DNA of 32,000 nt from an uncultured Clostridia bacterium (GCA_934500865.1 CAKSUD010000004.1:191-32190); one strand, 5' to 3'; positions 18,280 to 25,925 are shown, counted from the first letter of the stretch. The notes: generated by a model from the letters alone, not told the origin. A program made the numbers and translations.

Positions 18280-18687
18280 ATGTCTAATTTGATTATTGAA
18301 GCAAACAAAACGAATTTAGACAAAGTAATTGAATTTGTCAATGGAGAATTGATGAAGTTGCCTTGTACCGATGAATTAAAAACCAAGTTAAATATTGCCG
18401 TCGAAGAAATATTTGTGAATATTTCAAGCTATGCATATAACGAACACGGCGAAGTGGAGATAAACTGTAACGTAAATAAAGATGATTTTATGTTTGAAGT
18501 TGAATTTAAGGATATGGGAAAACCTTATGACCCGCTTGAGCGAACGGATCCGGATATATCTAAGGGGATAGATGAGAGAGAAATTGGTGGCTTGGGAATT
18601 TTTATGACAAAACAATTCATGGATGATATTGAGTATAGATATGAGGGCAATAAAAATGTTTTAATTATAAGAAAGAAGATTAAATAA
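18280..18687 (+). CDS. RsbW/SpoIIAB-type anti-sigma regulatory kinase (HATPase_c_2-like)
   Basis: 135 aa. N-box-like EEIFVNISSYAY. G-box-like GGLGIFMTKQFMDDIEY. AAGGAGG SD. Starts 13 nt after the phosphatase stop. Confidence 0.7.
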   Translation: MSNLIIEANKTNLDKVIEFVNGELMKLPCTDELKTKLNIAVEEIFVNISSYAYNEHGEVEINCNVNKDDFMFEVEFKDMGKPYDPLERTDPDISKGIDEREIGGLGIFMTKQFMDDIEYRYEGNKNVLIIRKKIK

Positions 18688-18702
18688 GGGGGAAGAAATT
18701 AA

Positions 18703-20253
18703 ATGAAGAAATGGATGTGTGCGGTAGTTTTTTTAGCAATTGTGACAGGAAACGCCTTTGCAAATAGCTTTGACGTAGAATACATAAGCATAAAGGACGA
18801 AATCGAAGCTGAGAATTCTATTAAAAGAGAAGATTTTTTTGCTATGATAGGCTCTATAAGTGGCAAAAATGCAGGTGATGAATTAAACTATATTTTTGAG
18901 GATGACGATGAAATTGAACCTAGATATAAAAAGTATGTTTATTCATTGGCTAATGACAATATTATAAGCGGAGAGAATACTAACGATAAATTTTACTTAC
19001 AGCCCAAAAGAAAAATTACAAGACTAGAAGTTGCTGTAATAATAACAAAAGCTTTAGGAATATATTCTACATCGCCTTGCGAATTTGCCGATACTGATAT
19101 ACCGGCATGGGCAAACGATTATATTTATACTGCTATTAATTTTGGAATAATGAATTTAGATTCAAACGGATATTTTAATGCAAAAGCAACTGTAACATTA
19201 GAAGAAGCATCCGAAATGTTAGAAAATGTAGTAGGTAAAGGATATTTTGAAGAAAACAAGGCTACTATATATGCCGGAAATGGTATATCTTCTTTAAACG
19301 ATGGAGAATTAGGTGATTCAAGCTTTTTTGCTCCGATGGGCATTATAAAGTATAAAGATGCCATTTATGTGGCTGATACTAAAAATAATTCAATAAGAGA
19401 AATTAAGGAAAATATAGTTTCTACAGTAGCTGGAAATTTTGATGCAAGAGATGAATTTGAAGTTGCTATTGGGAGTTTTGCTGATGGAAATAAAGCTAAA
19501 TTCGATGCCCCTTCATTTTTAGCAACTCCAAAAACCGGATTACTAATTTCAGATACAAATAATAACTTGATAAGATACTTTATAAGAGGTAAGGTTTCTA
19601 CATATGCCGGAAATGTAAACGGGGGATATAAGGACGGAAAAAGAACTAAGGCTTTATTTAATAATCCTACCGGAATTGTGGCTACAAATAAAGGAATAGT
19701 TTATATTGCCGACACAGGCAATAACGTTATAAGAAAGATAGATAGAAATGATAATGTTACTACATATGCAGGAGTAGTATCGAGTGAGGGCGGATACAAA
19801 GACGGAAACGCGAGAGAAGCAATGTTTAACAGACCTATGGGACTTGTGCTAAAAGGTGATGTTTTATATGTCGCAGATTGTGGTAACCAAAGAATAAGAA
19901 AAATCGAAAACGGAAAGGTTTCTACTATTGCAGGTGTTGGAGATGAAAAATACGATGATTCAAATGAAATTATAGGAGATTACATTGACGGAACAACAGA
20001 GGATGCCAGATTTAATTTCCCACAGAACATTGCAATAGATGAGGAAGGAAACATATATGTTGCAGACACAGGAAATTCTGTAATAAGAAAAATAGATAAA
20101 GATGGGAATGTTTATACAATTGCCGGATTGTCTAAAAATGATGAGGTTGAAATTGTAAGCCCTGTTGGGTTAATGATTGACGAAAACAAGTTATATGTTA
20201 CTGATACAGTGAAAAATAATATTATTGTAATTGACATAGAGGAGGCGAAGTAG
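18703..20253 (+). CDS. Secreted cell-wall-associated protein: signal peptide, SLH-like domains, NHL-repeat beta-propeller
   Basis: Signal peptide MKKWMCAVVFLAIVTGNAFA. SLH-like units (ITRLEVAVIITKALG; FADTDIPAWANDYIYTAINFGIM...VTLEEASEML). At least six NHL-type repeats (YVADTKNNSIREI, LISDTNNNLIRYF, YIADTGNNVIRKI, YVADCGNQRIRKI, YVADTGNSVIRKI, YVTDTVKNNIIVI). Confidence 0.8.
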   Translation: MKKWMCAVVFLAIVTGNAFANSFDVEYISIKDEIEAENSIKREDFFAMIGSISGKNAGDELNYIFEDDDEIEPRYKKYVYSLANDNIISGENTNDKFYLQPKRKITRLEVAVIITKALGIYSTSPCEFADTDIPAWANDYIYTAINFGIMNLDSNGYFNAKATVTLEEASEMLENVVGKGYFEENKATIYAGNGISSLNDGELGDSSFFAPMGIIKYKDAIYVADTKNNSIREIKENIVSTVAGNFDARDEFEVAIGSFADGNKAKFDAPSFLATPKTGLLISDTNNNLIRYFIRGKVSTYAGNVNGGYKDGKRTKALFNNPTGIVATNKGIVYIADTGNNVIRKIDRNDNVTTYAGVVSSEGGYKDGNAREAMFNRPMGLVLKGDVLYVADCGNQRIRKIENGKVSTIAGVGDEKYDDSNEIIGDYIDGTTEDARFNFPQNIAIDEEGNIYVADTGNSVIRKIDKDGNVYTIAGLSKNDEVEIVSPVGLMIDENKLYVTDTVKNNIIVIDIEEAK

Positions 20254-20255
20254 AA

Positions 20256-21434
20256 ATGATATTAAAGAAGATTGCTTTATTTACTGCTTTTATAATGATA
20301 ATTACGAGTTTCTCTTTTGCAGCAGAAGTGGCAAATGGAAAAACAATAAGGCTTGAAATGTATACCGGTAGCGTAGAAGTAAAAAGTGGAAGTGGAAAAG
20401 AAATAAGTGCAACTGAAAAAATGAGGGTTTTTGACGGATATACTGTAAAAACACTAAGTGATTCAGAAGCGTATTTTTCTCTTGACGATACAAAGGCCGT
20501 AAAGCTTGGCGCGAATACGGAAATAAAGATTAAGAAAAGTTGGTTTTCTAATAAAATAGCAGTTATTTCCGGAGAATTATTTTTTAATGTTACTAAGCCT
20601 TTAGGCAGTAATGAAAGTTTAGAAATTTCTACTCCGACAATGTCAATGGGAATTAGGGGTACAAGCGGTTGTGTTATTGTAAATGATAAGGGAGCAAAGG
20701 CACAAATATATACGGGTAAGGTAGAAGGCTCTAGAGGCAATGCAAAAGTTCATATTAATGCCGGAGAACAGGCAATAGCAACTACCGGTTTGCAACTATC
20801 TAAATTGAAACAAGATGGTAGTGAAATTCCATCTATGGCACTTAGAGAGATAGTTAAAGATAGCAAGTTGGCTAATGAGATAAAGGAAAAAACAGAATTA
20901 AATGTAGATAATTTTACTGAGCAAGAAAAAGAGAATTCGGCTCGTGAACAGGAAATAAGTGAGAAAAAGGTGGAGGAGCTAGAGGAGGCTCGTGAAATAG
21001 CTAATAAAGAAAAAACAGAAAACAAGAAAAGTAGTACGGTTAACAGGTCTGTCACCGGAAAGAGTTCAGGCGGTTCAAAATCTTCACTTCCTCAATTGAC
21101 ATGGGAGATAGTAATGAATTGGATAGAAGTAAATTCTGACGTAGGGCTTGACGATTTTGTCAAATTTGCAAGTGGATATAGTTCCGGATTAAATATTAGC
21201 GGATACAATAAGTTAGATGAATACGGAAAAATGGGTGTAGAAAATGATATGATCGTGGATAGCACAGATGTTGGTACGATTAGGCACATTAATAATTTGA
21301 GATACTATGATACTGTTGAGAACTTGGCATCAGCGTTTAATGAATCAGTGGCTAACAATACAATAGCGCCAACAGAATCACCAGCGCCAACGGATTCACC
21401 GGCACCAACAGAGTCACCTGCAACTGATGTATAA
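20256..21434 (+). CDS. Secreted FecR-domain protein with coiled-coil linker and Pro/Thr/Ser-rich tail
   Basis: Signal peptide ending FAAEV. FecR-like block YTGSVEVKSGSGKEISATEKMRVFDGYTVKTLSDSEAYFSLDDTKAVKLGANTEIKI. E/K-rich segment. C-terminal (APTxSP)x3. Starts 2 nt after the upstream stop. Confidence 0.7.
   Translation: MILKKIALFTAFIMIITSFSFAAEVANGKTIRLEMYTGSVEVKSGSGKEISATEKMRVFDGYTVKTLSDSEAYFSLDDTKAVKLGANTEIKIKKSWFSNKIAVISGELFFNVTKPLGSNESLEISTPTMSMGIRGTSGCVIVNDKGAKAQIYTGKVEGSRGNAKVHINAGEQAIATTGLQLSKLKQDGSEIPSMALREIVKDSKLANEIKEKTELNVDNFTEQEKENSAREQEISEKKVEELEEAREIANKEKTENKKSSTVNRSVTGKSSGGSKSSLPQLTWEIVMNWIEVNSDVGLDDFVKFASGYSSGLNISGYNKLDEYGKMGVENDMIVDSTDVGTIRHINNLRYYDTVENLASAFNESVANNTIAPTESPAPTDSPAPTESPATDV
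21366..21419 (+). repeat. Three imperfect tandem 18-bp repeats encoding APTESP-APTDSP-APTESP
   Basis: gcgccaacagaatcacca / gcgccaacggattcaccg / gcaccaacagagtcacct, read directly from the sequence. Confidence 0.8.
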
Positions 21435-21446
21435 TTAAATTAGGAG

Positions 21447-23249
21447 ATGATACATATAAAGAAGTATATTGTTTGCACTTTATGTGCGGTTATGTCTATA
21501 ATTATTTTCTTAAGTGGTGTGCTAAGTAGAATAGAAGTCAACTTATCAGATATGTTTTTTCAGTCGGAGAGTGTCTTAGACGGAAATATTGCGCTTATTG
21601 AGATAGATTCAAAAAGCCTTTCCGAGCTCGGCCCTTTTCAGTCTTGGCCGAGAACATATATGGCGGATGTTATAAATATATTAAATTCAGATGAGAATGT
21701 AAAACCTGCTGTAATCGGCATCGACGTTATGTATTTTGGAAATACAACTAAAGAAGCAGATGATGCATTAGTAGAGGCTTGTAAAATTGGAAAGAATGTT
21801 GTTACAGGCAGTTTGGTTAACTTTGATTCTAAGTTAGTAAGCGATGAAAATGGTACTTTTTATATGGATAATAACTACGTAAAGCAAGTAGAAGAACCAT
21901 ATGACGAGCTTAGAAATGTTATTAAATATGGGCATCTTAACACAAAAGTAGATAGTGATGGTGTAGTAAGACGAAGTATAAATTCCATAAAGTTACCTAG
22001 TGGCGAAGAAATGAGAAGTTTTGCATTTGAAGTTTATAGGATGTTCTCTGAGAAAACAGGAGAAAGTGTGAATTATGATATTCCAACCGATACAAATGGC
22101 GAGTTTTATATCCCGTATTCAGCTAAGGTTGGCGGATTTTCTGATGGAATTTCATTTGTAGACGTTCTTAATGGGGAAATTAATCCGGATATTTTTGAAA
22201 ATAAGATAGTTTTAATAGGACCATATGCGGCAGGTCTTATGGATAACTATATAGCGGCAATCGATCATAACGAGCAAATGTATGGAATGGAAATACAGGC
22301 CAATATAATAAATACATTAATAAGTGGCAATTTCAAAACTTATGTTCCAAAGTGGGTTCAATGTATTTTGATTGGTGTTATTGTTTTTATTATGACAATT
22401 ATCTTTGAGAAGAGCAGTCTAAAGAAATCTTTTATAGCACTGATGATTGGAATAGTAGGATATTCAGGATACATATGTGCGCTTTATCATTTGGGTGGAA
22501 AGATATCTGATGTATTATGTGTACCATTATTCATAACACTTATTTATATTGCCTTTATTGTAAAAAAATATGTTAAAGTCATTTTAGAGAAAAGGAAGGT
22601 TGAGGGGACATTTAAGAGATATGTTGCACCTCAAGTTGTAGATAAGATTATAAAGGACGGAATTGATAATATAGAACTTGGCGGAAAGAAAACTGATATT
22701 GCGTGCCTGTTTGTAGACATTAGAGGGTTTACCCCTATGTCAGAGGCACTAGCTCCTGAAGAAGTTGTGGGGATATTGAACGAATATTTAAGTCTTACAA
22801 GTTCTAGTATATTTAATAATGAGGGAACTCTAGATAAGTTTATCGGAGATGCAACAATGGCTATATTTAATGCACCTTTACCACTAGATGATTATATATT
22901 TAAAGCGGTAAAAACTGCATGGGATATTGCAAAAGGTTCTGAAGAACTTTCAAAGAAATTACAGACTAAATTCGGTAAAACAATAAGCTTCGGAATTGGT
23001 GTTAATTGTGGACCAGCGGTTGTTGGCAATATTGGTACAGAAAAACGAATGGACTATACAGCAATCGGTGATACAGTAAATACTGCAGCACGTTTAGAAT
23101 CGAATGCGAAACCTGGGCAAATACTTATAAGTAAAGCTGTATATGATGCGCTAAGTGACAGAATAACAGCGACATCTATCGGCGAAATACCTCTAAAGGG
23201 AAAGAGCAAGGGCGTGGAAGTTTTTGTTGTTGAAAATATTGTTTGCTAA
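21447..23249 (+). CDS. CHASE2 sensor domain / transmembrane / class III nucleotide (probably adenylate) cyclase
   Basis: N-terminal TM, then the CHASE2-like block IALIEIDSKSLSELGPFQSWPRTYMADVINIL...VIGIDVMYF. Three hydrophobic helices. Cyclase motifs CLFVDIRGFTPMSE, LDKFIGDATMAIFNAP and AIGDTVNTAARLES. The SD (AGGAG) abuts the ATG, so the exact start is uncertain. Confidence 0.85.
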   Translation: MIHIKKYIVCTLCAVMSIIIFLSGVLSRIEVNLSDMFFQSESVLDGNIALIEIDSKSLSELGPFQSWPRTYMADVINILNSDENVKPAVIGIDVMYFGNTTKEADDALVEACKIGKNVVTGSLVNFDSKLVSDENGTFYMDNNYVKQVEEPYDELRNVIKYGHLNTKVDSDGVVRRSINSIKLPSGEEMRSFAFEVYRMFSEKTGESVNYDIPTDTNGEFYIPYSAKVGGFSDGISFVDVLNGEINPDIFENKIVLIGPYAAGLMDNYIAAIDHNEQMYGMEIQANIINTLISGNFKTYVPKWVQCILIGVIVFIMTIIFEKSSLKKSFIALMIGIVGYSGYICALYHLGGKISDVLCVPLFITLIYIAFIVKKYVKVILEKRKVEGTFKRYVAPQVVDKIIKDGIDNIELGGKKTDIACLFVDIRGFTPMSEALAPEEVVGILNEYLSLTSSSIFNNEGTLDKFIGDATMAIFNAPLPLDDYIFKAVKTAWDIAKGSEELSKKLQTKFGKTISFGIGVNCGPAVVGNIGTEKRMDYTAIGDTVNTAARLESNAKPGQILISKAVYDALSDRITATSIGEIPLKGKSKGVEVFVVENIVC

Positions 23250-23339
23250 AAATATGAGCTATGTTTTAGTAATTAACGTATATATTGATGTAGGCAATGG
23301 AATATATTTTTGAAGAAAAAATATAAGGGGGAAATTATA

Positions 23340-25226
23340 ATGGGAAGAATTTTGAAACTATTTAACAACATAAAGTCAAGCAAAAGATGGAGAAGAAACA
23401 GTGACTTATATCAAGATGTGGTAAATACTATGCAGTCTTATACAGAGCAAATGGATAAACCGGTTACGGAGGAAAGTGCAAAGAAATTATACAATATATC
23501 TAAGGCATTAAAAAATAAAGCAGACTTATATTTAGCTTCTAGGAAAAATCCTAGAACTTCAAAAGGGAAAGCTAGATTTAGCATGATACAAGAAATTGCT
23601 AATTTAAATTCTATGCCGGATGAATTAAGAGACCCTATAAAGGTAGAAGCTTTAAGAAAAGATGGCAAAAAACTAAGTGACATTGTTGATGAGGTTAGAA
23701 ACAATAATGCTGTGGATATAACGAACCAAGCTAATAAAAAAGTTTACGGTGCAGGTGCTAGTAAAAGAGTTAGATTCGACTATATGGGAAGAAACGGATT
23801 TTTTACAGGAAAGCAAAAAGTAGAGGATATAACAGTAGTTGTGGCTAGAGAACGTGAAAGGCTTGAGAAAGAAAAGAAAGCAATATTTGAAAGAATGAAA
23901 GCAAGTGGAATGTTACGGGCAGCAGAAACACCGAGCATTGTAGAAAATAAAAGTACTCAACAGATTATATCCTCTTTGGCTACTACAGCTGGTAAAGAAA
24001 TTAGTGATTTTAACGAAGAAGAAATTCGAGCCATTGTTGATTATCATAAAGAAATAAGCAAAGCAAATAATATGCAGGAAACCGCAATGGAAACAGCCGG
24101 TATAGTAGCTGATTCTGAGGTGAGCAAACGAAATGTTGCTACTTCAAGAATGGCACATATGCTTCAAATGGGGCAAAACGTAGCCTTTTCTGAAAATGTT
24201 ACCGTTATAGACAATGGAGTTAAGATGGAAGGTTCTTTTATGGCAGCGGCAGTAGGATATGATAGTAGAAGTGAAGCCGGAATGGAATTTATGGCTGATA
24301 AAGAGTTCGATTTTACAGCTCCAAGTTTACAAAGAGATATTAACAGAATGCAAGTGTTTGATATGCTTTGTGGTCAAATAGATAGACATGGTGGAAATTT
24401 CTTTTATCAAGTTGCACCTAACCCGGTAAATGGGAAGTATGTAATTACGGGCTTACAAGGAATTGATAATGATATGTCATTTGGTAATACTAACTTAAAC
24501 AGATGGAGAGGTCAAATGACACCGATTAGGGAACTTAATGCTATTGATGAGGATGTATTACAATCTTTAAGAGAACTTACACCTGAACAAATAGAGTATA
24601 CTATGGGCGATCTACTTAGTAAACAAGAAGTTGATGCCGTTATTGAGAGAAGAAATCAAATTTTAGAACATGTGGATGCCGGAAAGGCTAAAATTGTAAA
24701 GTCTGATGAATGGGGCGAAAAAACTATTCCATTAATGGAAGAAAGTTCATACTATAAAGAAATTAAAAAAGAAGTTTCTTTATCAAAAGTTTCGCTAGAA
24801 CAGAAGCATGATGCAATTGTAGACGACTATGATGATGCTGTTAAGAGGATAGAGGAATATAATGAGAAACATCCTGAAGATGAACAAGAACTTCCAATAA
24901 AGCCGGAACATTATGATGAATATAGGTTAGACAGAGGAAGACGCCAAATGGAAGCGCTAAAAGAAAAATATGAAAAGACTATGACAGATTTTGAAGCGGA
25001 GGCAAGACAGGCGGCTAAAGAAGGTAAACCTATGCCAAAAGTACCGGAAGGATATGAATATTATAGAAAAGATAGAGAAAATAAGGAAATGATGGAGATG
25101 GCAAAGGAAACAACTGAGCGCAAAGAAATATCATTAGATGAGCTTTCAGGAAGCCCGACACAAGTAACACGTATGACCCCAGCAACACCATCTAAAGTTA
25201 AAGAAATGGAAGGATTAAATAAATAA
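23340..25226 (+). CDS. 628-aa soluble protein with a PI3/PI4-kinase-like (type II PI4K-like) catalytic core and a charged repeat-containing C-terminus
   Basis: Catalytic-loop-like FDMLCGQIDRHGGNFFYQ (DRHGGN encoded at 24381-24398). DFG-equivalent GIDNDMSFG (24459-24485). Upstream block SKRNVATSRMAHMLQMGQNVAFSENVTV...MEGSFMAAAVG resembles the RE-AA...LG...VP-T ... GSFQ-F block of type II PI4 kinases. The ATG at 23340 lies 7 nt after AAGGGGGA. No signal peptide or TM. Confidence 0.5.
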   Translation: MGRILKLFNNIKSSKRWRRNSDLYQDVVNTMQSYTEQMDKPVTEESAKKLYNISKALKNKADLYLASRKNPRTSKGKARFSMIQEIANLNSMPDELRDPIKVEALRKDGKKLSDIVDEVRNNNAVDITNQANKKVYGAGASKRVRFDYMGRNGFFTGKQKVEDITVVVARERERLEKEKKAIFERMKASGMLRAAETPSIVENKSTQQIISSLATTAGKEISDFNEEEIRAIVDYHKEISKANNMQETAMETAGIVADSEVSKRNVATSRMAHMLQMGQNVAFSENVTVIDNGVKMEGSFMAAAVGYDSRSEAGMEFMADKEFDFTAPSLQRDINRMQVFDMLCGQIDRHGGNFFYQVAPNPVNGKYVITGLQGIDNDMSFGNTNLNRWRGQMTPIRELNAIDEDVLQSLRELTPEQIEYTMGDLLSKQEVDAVIERRNQILEHVDAGKAKIVKSDEWGEKTIPLMEESSYYKEIKKEVSLSKVSLEQKHDAIVDDYDDAVKRIEEYNEKHPEDEQELPIKPEHYDEYRLDRGRRQMEALKEKYEKTMTDFEAEARQAAKEGKPMPKVPEGYEYYRKDRENKEMMEMAKETTERKEISLDELSGSPTQVTRMTPATPSKVKEMEGLNK

Positions 25227-25233
25227 TATTAGT

Positions 25234-25269
25234 AAAAAAGTGGCGATTAATTTTAATCGCTACTTTTTA
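25234..25269 (+). terminator. Rho-independent terminator after the kinase-like gene
   Basis: AGTGGCGATTA (25239-25249) / TAATCGCTACT (25254-25264), 11 bp with one G-U, loop ATTT, followed by TTTTT. Confidence 0.75.
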
Positions 25270-25333
25270 GTTTAAATGTTGCATAACATATTAGAATGGA
25301 ATATTTAAGGCAATTTTTTAAATATTTCATATA

Positions 25334-25362
25334 TTGACAAGAAGTTTCAATTTCGGTATCAT
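25334..25362 (+). promoter_or_regulatory. Consensus-like sigma-A promoter of the element-borne sigma factor gene
   Basis: TTGACA (25334-25339), 17-nt spacer, TATCAT (25357-25362). The TTG taken as start codon in the ORF track is the -35 hexamer. Confidence 0.55.
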
Positions 25363-25372
25363 TATGTGTGGG

Positions 25373-25876
25373 ATGGTGACGATTTTGGTCGATTTTGAAA
25401 AAGTATACGAAGAGTATTTTTCGAAAATATATAACTTTATGTTTTATAAAGTGCTAAATAAGGAAATAGCAGAAGACCTTACAAGTGAGTTCTTTATAAA
25501 ACTTTTAACTAAACTTAATACCTTTGATGAATCGAAAGCCAATTTAAACACTTGGCTTTATACTGTTGCCCGAAATAGTGTTATAGACTATTTTAGATGG
25601 CACAAAATAGAAATGTCGGTAGATGACCAAGATAATCCGATTGAACTTCCTGTTGATTATGAATTAGAGAAAAACATTATAGAGAGTGAAGATAGAAAAG
25701 CTTTGTATGAAGCTTTAACTAAAGTTGAGGATAGAACAAGAAAATTATTGTCACTTAAATATTTTTTGGATATGTCAAATAAGGAAATATCTAGTGTTAC
25801 AGGTATAAATGAAAGTACTGTTTCTACTATATGTTTACGTGGAATAGAAAAAATTAAAAAACATTTACATATTTGA
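25373..25876 (+). CDS. Sigma-70 family (ECF-like, two-domain) RNA polymerase sigma factor
   Basis: Region 2 (AEDLTSEFFIKLL..., NTWLYTVARNSVIDYFR). Region 4 HTH (LSLKYFLDMSNKEISSVTGINESTVSTICLRGIEKIKKHL). The start is uncertain: ATG 25373 would be nearly leaderless from the promoter above, and TTG 25385 lies 5 nt after GGTGA. Confidence 0.8.
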   Translation: MVTILVDFEKVYEEYFSKIYNFMFYKVLNKEIAEDLTSEFFIKLLTKLNTFDESKANLNTWLYTVARNSVIDYFRWHKIEMSVDDQDNPIELPVDYELEKNIIESEDRKALYEALTKVEDRTRKLLSLKYFLDMSNKEISSVTGINESTVSTICLRGIEKIKKHLHI

Positions 25877-25925
25877 GCTTATTTATAAAATTTATCGTAT
25901 ATATCTATGAAAGGTGGTGTGCTGG

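Noticed and set aside
2787-18687. Idea that the cNMP-gated PP2C/RsbW-like pair is simply a duplicate of the spoIIA system acting on SpoIIAA at 2787.
   Set aside because: This cannot be supported from sequence alone. The kinase-like protein is shorter than SpoIIAB and diverged from it, and the loci are 14 kb apart. I keep it only as a testable possibility under the partner-switching finding.
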